Translations under genes and position numbers: made by a program
Notes under the pieces: model-generated
Told to the model about the DNA's origin: nothing
Databases searched by the model: none
Seen by the model: only the letters and a program-made list of their open reading frames with translations
DNA from: an uncultured Rhodobacteraceae bacterium
GTDB taxonomy: Bacteria > Pseudomonadota > Alphaproteobacteria > Rhodobacterales > Rhodobacteraceae
Direction: 5' to 3'
Length of the DNA: 64,000 nucleotides
NCBI GenBank assembly: GCA_947494675.1
Contig: CANLVP010000003.1
Coordinates: 233,791 to 297,790, forward strand
Part shown: in pieces, positions 48,492-58,344 of the stretch
Numbering within the stretch: the stretch's first letter is position 1
Layout of the letters: the number at the start of each line of letters is the position of its first letter

Positions 48492-49016
48492 ATGAACGAA
48501 AACCTAACTCTGGTCCTTGGGGGCGCGACGAGCGGCAAGTCCGTCTTCGCAGAAGATCTCGTGCAACGCATTGGTGGCAAACGGATTTATCTGGCGACCG
48601 CGCAGGCCTTTGACGATGAAATGCGCGCAAAAATTTCTGCTCATATCGCCCAGCGCGGCCCCGATTGGACGACGATTGAGGCACCGCTTGATATCGTCTC
48701 ACCGTTGAAGGCGCGTCAATCGGACGAGGTTGTCTTGCTCGATTGCGCGACCCTATGGCTGACCAATCAGCTATTGGCAGAGCATGACATCGCTGCGCAG
48801 ACCGCCGCGTTTTTGTCCGCGATATCGACTTGCCCCTGCCCGGTTGTTGTCGTCTCAAACGAGGTCGGCCAGGGGATCGTGCCGGACAATGCGATGGCCC
48901 GCCAATTTCGCGCGGCCCAAGGTGCACTGAACCAAGCACTCGCGGCGCAAAGCACCTGCACAGTCTTCGTGACGGCTGGCCTGCCGCAAATCCTCAAAGG
49001 CGCGTTACCCGCATGA
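48492..49016 (+). CDS. cobU: adenosylcobinamide kinase / adenosylcobinamide-phosphate guanylyltransferase
   Basis: P-loop LVLGGATSGKS. The start is uncertain: ATG 48492 (MNENL) is preferred on length, and ATG 48471 is possible. Confidence 0.85.
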   Translation: MNENLTLVLGGATSGKSVFAEDLVQRIGGKRIYLATAQAFDDEMRAKISAHIAQRGPDWTTIEAPLDIVSPLKARQSDEVVLLDCATLWLTNQLLAEHDIAAQTAAFLSAISTCPCPVVVVSNEVGQGIVPDNAMARQFRAAQGALNQALAAQSTCTVFVTAGLPQILKGALPA

Positions 49017-49591
49017 CCCGGTTTTGGTGGGTGCGCCATGGACCGACCCATGAAAAAGCCTTTGTCGGATGGCGCGATGTGCCTGCGGATTTGAGCGATA
49101 AGGCCTTGATTTCACGGGTTGATCAGGCGCTGCCAGTCGACGCGATGGTTGTGTCATCTGACCTGATCCGTGCGCGCGATACCGCTTCGGCCATTGGGGG
49201 GCAGCGACGGCGGCTGCCCGACGCCCCTGATCTGCGCGAGTTCGACTTTGGCGATTGGGATGGCCTGCACTTTTCCGATGTGGCCGACCGTGACCCGGAC
49301 CGTAGCCGCCGCTTTTGGGAAGAGCCGGGCGATCTCGCCCCTCCAAACGGCGAAAGCTGGAACGCAGTGGCCGCCCGCGTGGGCCAAGCCGTTAACCGGT
49401 TGATCACAGATCACCCCAATCAGGACATCATCGCCGTCGCCCATATCGGCGTCATCATGACGCAAATCCAGCAGGCCAGCGGCAGTACCGCTTACCAGGC
49501 GATGAGCCATCAGATCGACAACCTGTCCATCACCGATTTGACCTTTGACCAGCGCGGTTGGCATGTCGGAACGATCAATCACATTCCATGA
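49013..49591 (+). CDS. cobC: histidine phosphatase family protein (alpha-ribazole phosphatase-like)
   Basis: RHG motif in FWWVRHGPT. The ATGA start overlaps the cobU stop. Confidence 0.8.
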   Translation: MTRFWWVRHGPTHEKAFVGWRDVPADLSDKALISRVDQALPVDAMVVSSDLIRARDTASAIGGQRRRLPDAPDLREFDFGDWDGLHFSDVADRDPDRSRRFWEEPGDLAPPNGESWNAVAARVGQAVNRLITDHPNQDIIAVAHIGVIMTQIQQASGSTAYQAMSHQIDNLSITDLTFDQRGWHVGTINHIP

Positions 49592-49649
49592 TCCGCGCCG
49601 TCACGAAGATGCGTTAGCCGCCCTCTCACTGGGCCGCTAACCTGCCTTC

Positions 49650-50522
49650 ATGACTTATGAGCTTTACATCGGTGACCGCACTTTTTCGAGCTGGTCCATG
49701 CGCGGGTGGTTGATGCTGGAATGCTTCGACCTGCCTTTCAAGACAACCGTGGTCGGTCTTTATGCCGGCACCTATAAAGAGGAATTGGCAGCGCTCGCCC
49801 CGGCCCGCACCGTGCCCGCGATGCGCACGCCCCAGGGCGGCATCCTGACCGACAGCCTCGCCATGGCAGAGACTTTGGCAGAGGCGCATCCCGACTTGCC
49901 GCTTTATCCCACCGATCCGAAGGCACGCGCTTTGGCCCGCTCCATGACTTGTGAAATGCACAGCGGTTACAATGCCTTACGTGGCGATTGCCCGATGATG
50001 CTGACACATGGATGGCAGGGCTTCACCCCCTCAAAAGACGTCCTGAACGACCTCGCGCGGATCGACCAGCTGTGGACAATGGCGCGCCAGCAATACGGCG
50101 CGGGTGGTCCGTGGCTCTTTGGGGCTTATTCGCTCGCGGACGTCTTTTTTGCCCCCGTCGCGGCGCGGATCGCAACCTATGGTTTGCCCGTCAGCGACTT
50201 GGCGCAAGACTACGTTGCGACCCAGCTCGCCGACCCCGCGTTCCGCCGGTGGCGGGCGATTGGAGCCACCAAAACCTATACGCCTATGCCTTACCGCCAT
50301 GACCTGCCTCAGGTGCCGTGGCCCGGACCAACGCCGATGAATGCCGTCGCTGTCGACGACGGTTCCGCCGAAAACGCCGCCTGCCCCTATTCAGGTGGAC
50401 CCGTCACACATCTGGCCCAAATCGAGGGCCGCACATTCGGGTTCTGCAACGCGTTTTGCCGCGACAAGACGGTTGCCGATGCCGCCGCTTGGCCAAAATT
50501 CATGGCCCTCTTTGAGCGTTAA
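49650..50522 (+). CDS. glutathione S-transferase-like protein fused to a C-terminal TRASH/YHS-type Cys motif
   Basis: GST-like N- and C-domains are followed by C245-X20-C266-X3-C270 (ACPYSGGPVTHLAQIEGRTFGFCNAFC). Confidence 0.8.
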   Translation: MTYELYIGDRTFSSWSMRGWLMLECFDLPFKTTVVGLYAGTYKEELAALAPARTVPAMRTPQGGILTDSLAMAETLAEAHPDLPLYPTDPKARALARSMTCEMHSGYNALRGDCPMMLTHGWQGFTPSKDVLNDLARIDQLWTMARQQYGAGGPWLFGAYSLADVFFAPVAARIATYGLPVSDLAQDYVATQLADPAFRRWRAIGATKTYTPMPYRHDLPQVPWPGPTPMNAVAVDDGSAENAACPYSGGPVTHLAQIEGRTFGFCNAFCRDKTVADAAAWPKFMALFER

Positions 50523-50573
50523 CCAATCTTAAACCAAAGCCCCGCTAGCGTTAACCAAAAGGGATTATGGTTG

Positions 50574-52088
50574 ATGTCTGTTGTGGCCTACACCGTCGCG
50601 TTTGACGGCATTGATGCGCGGCTGGTTGAGGTGCAATGCGCCGTCGCCCCCGGCATGCCCGCGTTTTCCATCGTGGGCTTACCGGACAAGGCCGTGTCAG
50701 AAGCCCGCGAACGGGTGCGGTCCGCGCTTTCGACGATGGCGATTGCTTTGCCCTCGAAACGGATCACGATCAATCTTTCACCCGCCGACCTTCCCAAAGT
50801 CGGTTCACATTTCGACCTCCCCATCGCTTTGGCCGTGCTCGCGGCCCTCGACGTGATCCCTCGCGAGGCCGTCGCCGCGACCGTCGCCTTGGGCGAGCTA
50901 TCGTTGGACGGCACGACCGTGCCCGTCGTCGGTGCGCTTCCTGCCGCCATGGCGGCCAGCGCCGATGATCGGACTCTAATGTGCCCTGCGGCCTGCGGGG
51001 CAGAGGCAGCCTGGGTCGATGCCGTTTCGGTCATAGCACCCCGGTCCTTGGCCGAGGCCGTGCAGCATTTCAGCGGCCAGTCGGTGCTGGCGCCCGCGCA
51101 ACCCGGAGAGGTTGCAGGCGTCTCCGGCGCACGCGATTTGGCAGAGGTGAAGGGGCAGGAGCGCGCGAAAAGGGCGCTGGAAATCGCGGCCGCCGGGCGG
51201 CACCACCTGTTAATGGTTGGCTCACCCGGGTCAGGAAAATCCATGCTCGCCGCGCGCATTCCGGGCATCATGCCCCCCTTGACCCCGGCAGAGGCCTTGG
51301 ACACCTCAATGATCCATTCGCTGGCAGGCCTTTTGGACGAAGGCGGCATCAGCCGATTACGTCCATTCCGAGAGCCGCACCACACCGCATCTATGGCCGC
51401 CATCGTCGGCGGCGGGCGCGGCGCGAAGCCAGGGGAAATCTCGCTCGCGCACAATGGCGTGCTGTTCATGGACGAGTTCCCAGAGTTTCCGCGCACCGTT
51501 CTGGAAACCCTGCGTCAGCCGATTGAAACCGGAGAGGTCGTTGTGGCCCGCGCCAACGCCCATGTGAAATACCCGTGCCGTTTTATGCTGGTCGCGGCGG
51601 CAAACCCTTGTAAATGTGGCTATCTAGCCGACCCTGCCCGTGCATGCGCGCGTGTGCCCATTTGCGGAGAGGAATATCTGGGTCGCATCTCTGGCCCACT
51701 GATGGATCGGTTTGATCTTCGGGTCGAGGTGCCGCCCGTCGCCTTTACCGACCTTGATCTGCCAGAATGCGCCGACCGGTCTGAGCATGTCGCGGCCCGT
51801 GTGGCTGCAGCCCGCGCCCTGCAAACCGCACGGTTTGCGGGGCAGGACGATATGATGGTGAACGCGGACGCGCAGGGTGCCGTGTTGGAAGAAATCGCAA
51901 CACCGGACGCGGAGGGTCGGGCATTGCTGACCCGCGTCGCGGAACGCTTTGGACTTTCGGCGCGCGGCTACCACCGCGTTTTGCGCGTGGCGCGCACGAT
52001 TGCTGACCTCGATGCGTCAGACGCCGTGCGTCACCCGCATGTGGCCGAGGCGGTCAGTTACCGCCTTGCGATGTCGAAAGAGGTCTAG
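50574..52088 (+). CDS. yifB: YifB/ComM-family Mg-chelatase-like AAA ATPase
   Basis: N-terminal Lon-protease-like domain, Walker [11 protein letters not shown] and [11 protein letters not shown]. Confidence 0.92.
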   Translation: MSVVAYTVAFDGIDARLVEVQCAVAPGMPAFSIVGLPDKAVSEARERVRSALSTMAIALPSKRITINLSPADLPKVGSHFDLPIALAVLAALDVIPREAVAATVALGELSLDGTTVPVVGALPAAMAASADDRTLMCPAACGAEAAWVDAVSVIAPRSLAEAVQHFSGQSVLAPAQPGEVAGVSGARDLAEVKGQERAKRALEIAAAGRHHLLMVGSPGSGKSMLAARIPGIMPPLTPAEALDTSMIHSLAGLLDEGGISRLRPFREPHHTASMAAIVGGGRGAKPGEISLAHNGVLFMDEFPEFPRTVLETLRQPIETGEVVVARANAHVKYPCRFMLVAAANPCKCGYLADPARACARVPICGEEYLGRISGPLMDRFDLRVEVPPVAFTDLDLPECADRSEHVAARVAAARALQTARFAGQDDMMVNADAQGAVLEEIATPDAEGRALLTRVAERFGLSARGYHRVLRVARTIADLDASDAVRHPHVAEAVSYRLAMSKEV

Positions 52089-53026
52089 CTGCGCCGGGCC
52101 TCAATCGCTTCCCAGATTTTGGCCGCCACGTTGGTGCCGTCAAAACGCTCAAGCTCTTGAATGCCCGTGGGTGAGGTCACGTTAATCTCTGTCAGCCAAT
52201 CGCCGATAACATCGATGCCCACGAAAACCTGTCCCTTTTCGCGCAACAGCGGACCGATACGGGCACAAATCTCAAGGTCACGGTCAGTGAGTGCGACCTT
52301 CTCAGGCCGTCCACCGACATGCATGTTTGACCGTGTTTCGCCTTTTGCAGGGACACGGTTGATCGCCCCAACAGGCTCGCCATTGACCAAAATGACCCGC
52401 TTGTCGCCTTTCGTGACGTCCGGCAGGAATTTCTGCATGATCAGCGGCTCGCGATTGATCCCGGCAAAAAGCTCGTGCAGGGACGCAAGATTGCTGTCGT
52501 CCTTGTTGAGCTTGAAGACTCCAGCACCGCCATTCCCATAGAGCGGTTTCAGGATCACGTCGCCATGATCGGCGCGAAATGCACGCAGCGTATCCAGATC
52601 GCGGGCGATCATCGTTGGTGGGGTCAAGTCAGGAAACTGCAGCACCAGCAGCTTTTCAGGATAGTTGCGCACCCAAAACGGATCATTCACGACCAAGGTC
52701 CCGGGATGTACCATATCCAGCAGATGCGTGGTGGTGATGTAACCCATATCAAAGGGCGGATCCTGCCGGAGCCAAACCACATCAAAATCGGCCAGATCGA
52801 CCTCGGCCAGTTCACCCAATTCGAAATGGTCGCCCTTGACCCGCTTCACGGTCAGCGGCCAACCCTTTGCCGTGACCCGCCCCTCCCGATAGCTCAGTTT
52901 ATCGGGGGTATAATAGAACAACGTATGGCCGCGGGCTTGCGCCTCTTCTGCGATGCGAAACGTGCTGTCCGCGTCAATATCGATGGGACCAATCGGGTCC
53001 ATCTGGATGGCAATTTTCAACGACAT
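52085..53026 (-). CDS. gshB: glutathione synthase
   Basis: The N-terminus [15 protein letters not shown] parallels E. coli GshB, followed by an ATP-grasp body. Confidence 0.92.
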   Translation of the reverse strand: MSLKIAIQMDPIGPIDIDADSTFRIAEEAQARGHTLFYYTPDKLSYREGRVTAKGWPLTVKRVKGDHFELGELAEVDLADFDVVWLRQDPPFDMGYITTTHLLDMVHPGTLVVNDPFWVRNYPEKLLVLQFPDLTPPTMIARDLDTLRAFRADHGDVILKPLYGNGGAGVFKLNKDDSNLASLHELFAGINREPLIMQKFLPDVTKGDKRVILVNGEPVGAINRVPAKGETRSNMHVGGRPEKVALTDRDLEICARIGPLLREKGQVFVGIDVIGDWLTEINVTSPTGIQELERFDGTNVAAKIWEAIEARRS

Positions 53027-53096
53027 TTTCGACCTCAAGCAGGCTGTTCCTGCGCCCTACATGGGGCAAGGTCAAACGATGTGCAATGGTCGCACC

Positions 53097-53453
53097 TCAG
53101 GCATCCATAAAGGCATTCTCGATGATCTGAACCGCGCCGCGCGCATCAACAAGCGCCACATCAAACCGCACGTCTGTCAGCTGCCCTTTTGGTTCGCCTG
53201 CGATAAATTCCGAAGCGGCACCATAGATCCGGTCCATCTGACGACGCGACAACCGCGTCGCAGCCTGCGCGAAGCTTTTGCTTTTCTTGACCTCGACAAA
53301 GACAATACAATCGCCTTCGCGCACGATCAAATCCACCTCACCGGCAGAGCCGCGCCAGCGCCGGTTCACCGGCTGCCGCCCACGTCGGGCATAGTCCGAC
53401 GCCACGATATCCTCGGCAGCAACGCCCGCGAAATAGCTCGTTTGTCCCGTCAT
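53097..53453 (-). CDS. yraN: YraN-family (UPF0102) endonuclease-like protein
   Basis: GEVDLIVREGDCIVFVEVK motif. The ATGA start overlaps the rsmI stop. Confidence 0.85.
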   Translation of the reverse strand: MTGQTSYFAGVAAEDIVASDYARRGRQPVNRRWRGSAGEVDLIVREGDCIVFVEVKKSKSFAQAATRLSRRQMDRIYGAASEFIAGEPKGQLTDVRFDVALVDARGAVQIIENAFMDA

Positions 53454-54310
53454 TCATCCGCCTCTAACGTCAATGCCTGTTGGTAGACCTGTCTGCGCGG
53501 CAGCCCCAAGGCCCCGGCGACAGCTGTGGCCGCATCTTTGACCCGCATCGTCTGCATCGCATCGCGCAAAGCATCTGCAATCATTGCGTCATCCACAACC
53601 TGCGCCCCGGCACGCCCGACCAGCACCACAATTTCACCTTTGACCGCACGCCCATCAAATTGCTGCACCAGATCGGCCAATGACCCGCGCGACACCTCTT
53701 CAAACCGTTTGGTCAATTCACGACAAACAACCGCCTCTCGCAAATCACCCAAAACCTCCCGCAAACTATCTAACATTCCATGAAGACGTTTCGGACTTTC
53801 ATAAAAAACAAGCGTAAAGGGCGTATCGCGCAGTGCTGCAATTTCAGTTTCGCGCTGCTTCTTCCCGCTCGGCAGGAACCCCACAAACGCGAACCGGTCC
53901 GTGGCGAGCCCCGACACCGTCAGTGCCGCAATCACCGCAGAGGCCCCCGGCGCGGTCGTCACTGGCACACCAGCCGCCGCCGCCGCGCGGCCCAGTTCAT
54001 ATCCGGGATCGGCAATAAGCGGCGTGCCCGCCTCTGACACATAAGCCAGTGATTTGCCCGCCGCCATGTCAGCCACCAGCCGCTTGACCGCGCCATCACC
54101 CGAATGGTCATGGAACGCCACCAAGGGCCGCCCGTTCAGGGCAACCCCATGAATATCCATCAGTTTTCGTGCGGTCCGCGTATCTTCGGCGGCAATGATG
54201 TCGGCGCTTGCCAGCACGTCGAGCGCGCGCAGGGTGATGTCGCGGGCCGACCCAATCGGGGTCGCCACAAGGTAAAGCCCCGCCGACAGTGGCGTCACTT
54301 TGAAATTCAT
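53450..54310 (-). CDS. rsmI: 16S rRNA (cytidine1402-2'-O)-methyltransferase
   Basis: GLYLVATPIGSARDITLRALDVL ... AEDTR is the typical tetrapyrrole-methylase-fold RsmI pattern. Confidence 0.92.
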   Translation of the reverse strand: MNFKVTPLSAGLYLVATPIGSARDITLRALDVLASADIIAAEDTRTARKLMDIHGVALNGRPLVAFHDHSGDGAVKRLVADMAAGKSLAYVSEAGTPLIADPGYELGRAAAAAGVPVTTAPGASAVIAALTVSGLATDRFAFVGFLPSGKKQRETEIAALRDTPFTLVFYESPKRLHGMLDSLREVLGDLREAVVCRELTKRFEEVSRGSLADLVQQFDGRAVKGEIVVLVGRAGAQVVDDAMIADALRDAMQTMRVKDAATAVAGALGLPRRQVYQQALTLEADE

Positions 54311-54374
54311 CCCTAGACCCTCCTGCGCCCGGCTCTATGATGTGCCGGGACAGACCACCAAAGGAAGCCTGCTC

Positions 54375-55562
54375 ATGTTTGCCGTTTTGACCCGTCCTCG
54401 CAAGCCGTTTGCCTTGCTCATGGCCCTGATGTCTTTTTTGTGGGTTTCCGCCTGCGCCACAACCGGAATTGTGGCCCCGGGGTCAAATACCGGTCAACGG
54501 ATCGATACAAGCGCCCCGGTTCAGGTGGCCCTTTTGGTGCCCGGCGGGTCGGCTGCGGGCAGCGATCAGTTCCTGGCGGCAAACCTTGAAAACGCGGCAC
54601 GCCTCGCAATTGCTGATCTGAGCGGGGTCGAGATTGATCTGCGGGTCTACAACTCTGGCAGCGACCCGGTGCAGGCCGCCAGCGTCGCCACGCAGGCCGC
54701 TAATGATGGCGCGAAAATCCTGCTTGGCCCGCTGTTTGCGGAATCCGCCAACGCCGCGGGCGTGGCCGTCGCCTCGCGCAATATCAATGTGCTGGCCTTT
54801 TCCAACAACCCCACCATCGCAGGCGGCAACGTCTTTGTGTTGGGGGCCACCTTTGACAACACCGCCAATCGGCTGGTGCAATATGCCGCCCGTCAGGGCA
54901 ACACGCGCTTTGCTGTCGTCCATGGCGATGACCTTGGCGGTCAGGTCGGACGTGACGCGATCACCCGCGCCGTGCGTAGCAACGGTGGCCAGGTTGCCGC
55001 CGTTGAAGGCTATCCGCTGTCACAACAAGGCATCCTTGGGGCCACAGGCCGCATCGCGGGCGCAATCAAATCCGGCGGCGCTGACGCGGTATTCCTGACC
55101 GGCGGCGTCAACGCTGATCTGCCGATCCTTGCCACCGCACTGCCAGAAGCGGGTGTGAACCCCGCTGACACCCAGTTCATCGGGTTACAACGCTGGAACG
55201 CGGTGCCACAGGCGCTGTCACTGCCCGGCCTGCAAGGCGGTCTATTCGCCCTGCCCGACCGCGCCATGACCGCCAATTTCGAGGCGCGCTATGCCGGTGT
55301 CTATGGCGAAGCACCGCACCCGCTGGCGGGCCTTGCCTATGACGGGATCGCCGCCATTGGCGCACTTGTGGCGCGGGGCGACAGCAATGCCCTGACCAAA
55401 AGCGCACTGACCACAAGCCAAGGCTTCCAAGGCACAAACGGCATCTTCCGTCTGCTGCCAAACGGCCTGAACGAACGTGGTCTGGCCGTCGCAACCATCC
55501 GTAACAATCAGGTCGTTGTCCTTGAGTCAGCCCCCCGCAGCTTTGGTGGCGCCGGTTTCTGA
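54375..55562 (+). CDS. penicillin-binding protein activator (LpoA-like) / periplasmic-binding-fold lipoprotein
   Basis: Lipobox FLWVSAC, type-1 periplasmic binding fold, and the conserved position divergent from rsmI-yraN. AAGGAAG lies before the ATG at 54375. Confidence 0.75.
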   Translation: MFAVLTRPRKPFALLMALMSFLWVSACATTGIVAPGSNTGQRIDTSAPVQVALLVPGGSAAGSDQFLAANLENAARLAIADLSGVEIDLRVYNSGSDPVQAASVATQAANDGAKILLGPLFAESANAAGVAVASRNINVLAFSNNPTIAGGNVFVLGATFDNTANRLVQYAARQGNTRFAVVHGDDLGGQVGRDAITRAVRSNGGQVAAVEGYPLSQQGILGATGRIAGAIKSGGADAVFLTGGVNADLPILATALPEAGVNPADTQFIGLQRWNAVPQALSLPGLQGGLFALPDRAMTANFEARYAGVYGEAPHPLAGLAYDGIAAIGALVARGDSNALTKSALTTSQGFQGTNGIFRLLPNGLNERGLAVATIRNNQVVVLESAPRSFGGAGF

Positions 55563-58344
55563 TCCGGCCCCAACCACCGCAGACATCCATATTGACGCGC
55601 CGGACGATTTGATTTGTCCGGCGCAGGCTATTTTTGACCGCGACGCGATAGCGACCGCGTTGGCGGCTGCTTTTGCAGACGCCAAGGACGGGCGTGCGAT
55701 CCGGCAAGCCACGGTTCAAATCCTGTCGCAAGCACAGATCGACGGGCGCGAAGCGATTGCCAAGGCATTCCTCGACAATCCGTTCCGGGCCCGCCCCACG
55801 GTACGCGCCTACAGCTGGCTGACCGATCAGCTGGTGACCACGGTGCTGGATGTCGCCCGCAACACCCTGCACCCTCTGCCCAACCCGACAGAGGGTGAAC
55901 GGCTGACCGTTATCGCTGTTGGGGGTTATGGGCGTGGTGAAATGGCGCCTTCATCGGACGTCGATCTGCTGTTCCTGACGCCCTACAAATTGACACCGTG
56001 GGCCGAGAGCGTGATTGAAAGCAGCCTTTATATGCTGTGGGACCTTAAGCTAAAGGTCGGCCATGCCAGCCGCACGATCAAGGACTGCCTGCGGCTTGCC
56101 CGTGAAGACTACACCATCCGCACCTCGCTGGTTGAGATGCGGCACCTGACGGGCGACGCCGATCTGACCGACCAACTGGTCCGCAAACTGCGCAAAGACC
56201 TGTTCCGCAGCACCAAATCCGACTTCATCGAGGCCAAGCTGGCCGAACGTGAGGCCCGTCACATCAAACAGGGCGGCCAGCGTTATATGGTCGAGCCCAA
56301 CGTCAAAGAGGGCAAAGGCGGGCTGCGTGATCTGCAATCGCTTTATTGGATCGGCAAATACATCCATGGCGTCAGCGAAGCATCCGAGCTTGTGGCGCAA
56401 AAGGTCTTCACCGACGACGAATACGAGACGTTTCGCGATGCCCATGAGTTCCTCTGGGCCGTGCGCTGCCACCTGCATCTGATTGCCGGTCGTGCCTCGG
56501 ATCAGTTGACCTTTGACATGCAGGTGCTCGTCGCCAAAGCGATGGGATATCAGGACCGGGGCGGACGCCGCGGGGTCGAACACTTTATGCAGGCCTACTT
56601 CCGCCACGCCACCAGCGTTGGCGACCTAACCCGTATCTTTTTGACGGCGCAGGAAAAGAACCACACCAAATCCGAACCGATGCTGCACCGGTTGTTGAGC
56701 CGCCGCAAAACCGTGCAAAAGCCCTATGCCATCAAGCAAAACCGGATCACGGTTTCTGCGCCCAAGACCTTTCTGGCCGATCCGCTGAACATGCTGCGCC
56801 TGTTTGAAGAGGCGCTGCGCACCGGCACCCTAATCCATCCCGACGCGATGCGACTGATCACAGCCAACATCGGCCTGATCGACAACGATGTGCGCAACAG
56901 CAAAGAGGCGAACCGCCTGTTCCTTGGGCTGCTGTTGAAACATGGCAACCCGGAACGGGCGTTGCGGCGGATGAATGAACTGGGCCTCTTGGCGGCCTTC
57001 GTGCCGGAATTCGGCCCCATCGTGGCGATGATGCAATTCAATATGTATCACCACTACACGGTTGACGAGCACACCATTCAGGTGATCAGCCAGCTGGCCC
57101 AGATCGAACGCGAAGAGCTGATCGAAGACCTGCCAATCGCCAGCGGCATCCTCAAACGCGGGGTCAACCGCAAGGTGCTTTATGCTGCGCTTTTGCTGCA
57201 CGATATCGGCAAGGGCCGAGACGAGGATCACTCGATCCTTGGGGCCAAGATCGCCCGTAAGGCAGCCCCACGTTTGGGGCTGAACAAGAAAGAATGCGAG
57301 ACCGTCGAATGGCTGATCCGCTATCATCTGCTGATGTCCGACACCGCGCAAAAGCGTGATATCGCCGAACCCCGCACCGTGCGCGGCTTTGCCAATGCGG
57401 TGAAATCCGTTGAACGGCTGGATCTTTTGACCGTCCTGACCGTCTGCGACATTCGCGGCGTCGGACCGGGCACCTGGAACAACTGGAAAGCCGTGCTGAT
57501 CCGTAACCTCTACCGCGCCACCCGTGACGCGCTTGAGAACGGGATTGAAGACCTCAACCGCGGCAGTCAGGAAACCGAGGCCAAACGCGCCCTGCGCGCC
57601 GAACTGGCCGATTGGGATAGCAAAGCCCTCCGGGCAGAAGTGGCGCGCCACTACGGCCCCTATTGGCAAGGCTTGCCACCTGCGACCCATGTGGTCTTTG
57701 CTAACCTGCTGCGTGACATCAACGACGACGAAATCAGCATCGACCTGATGCCCGATGAGGACCGCGACGCGACCCGCGCTTGCTTTGCCATGGTCGATCA
57801 TCCCGGGCTCTTTAGCCGCATGACAGGCGCTTTGGCGCTGGTCGGGGCCAACGTGGTCGACGCCCGCACCTATACCTCAAAGGATGGCTATGCCACGGCA
57901 GTGTTTTGGCTTCAGGATGCGGACGGCTCCCCTTATGAGGCAGCGCGTCTGCCCCGCTTGCGTCAGATGATCGCCAAAACGCTCAAGGGCGAAGTCGTCG
58001 CCCGCGACGCACTGGTGGACCGCGACAAGATCAAAAAGCGCGAGCGTGCGTTCAAGGTGCCCACTACCATCACCTTTGATAATGACGGGTCAGAGATTTA
58101 CACCATCATCGAGGTCGACACCCGCGACCGTGCTGGACTTCTGTTCGATCTCACACGAACTCTTGCGAATTCCTACGTCTATATCGCCTCAGCCGTGATC
58201 GCGACATATGGGGAACAAGTGGTGGATACATTCTATGTCAAAGACATGGTGGGGCTGAAATTCCAGTCAGAGGCCAAGCGCGCCGCACTGGAAACCAAGC
58301 TCCGCAAGGCGATTGCGCAGGGCGCTGAACGGGCGCAATCATGA
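55543..58344 (+). CDS. glnD: [protein-PII] uridylyltransferase/uridylyl-removing enzyme
   Basis: Nucleotidyltransferase motif AVGGYGRGEMAPSSDVDL, an HD domain (LLHDIGKG) and two C-terminal ACT domains. The start is uncertain: TTG 55543, GTG 55546 or ATG 55477. Confidence 0.93.
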   Translation: MVAPVSDPAPTTADIHIDAPDDLICPAQAIFDRDAIATALAAAFADAKDGRAIRQATVQILSQAQIDGREAIAKAFLDNPFRARPTVRAYSWLTDQLVTTVLDVARNTLHPLPNPTEGERLTVIAVGGYGRGEMAPSSDVDLLFLTPYKLTPWAESVIESSLYMLWDLKLKVGHASRTIKDCLRLAREDYTIRTSLVEMRHLTGDADLTDQLVRKLRKDLFRSTKSDFIEAKLAEREARHIKQGGQRYMVEPNVKEGKGGLRDLQSLYWIGKYIHGVSEASELVAQKVFTDDEYETFRDAHEFLWAVRCHLHLIAGRASDQLTFDMQVLVAKAMGYQDRGGRRGVEHFMQAYFRHATSVGDLTRIFLTAQEKNHTKSEPMLHRLLSRRKTVQKPYAIKQNRITVSAPKTFLADPLNMLRLFEEALRTGTLIHPDAMRLITANIGLIDNDVRNSKEANRLFLGLLLKHGNPERALRRMNELGLLAAFVPEFGPIVAMMQFNMYHHYTVDEHTIQVISQLAQIEREELIEDLPIASGILKRGVNRKVLYAALLLHDIGKGRDEDHSILGAKIARKAAPRLGLNKKECETVEWLIRYHLLMSDTAQKRDIAEPRTVRGFANAVKSVERLDLLTVLTVCDIRGVGPGTWNNWKAVLIRNLYRATRDALENGIEDLNRGSQETEAKRALRAELADWDSKALRAEVARHYGPYWQGLPPATHVVFANLLRDINDDEISIDLMPDEDRDATRACFAMVDHPGLFSRMTGALALVGANVVDARTYTSKDGYATAVFWLQDADGSPYEAARLPRLRQMIAKTLKGEVVARDALVDRDKIKKRERAFKVPTTITFDNDGSEIYTIIEVDTRDRAGLLFDLTRTLANSYVYIASAVIATYGEQVVDTFYVKDMVGLKFQSEAKRAALETKLRKAIAQGAERAQS

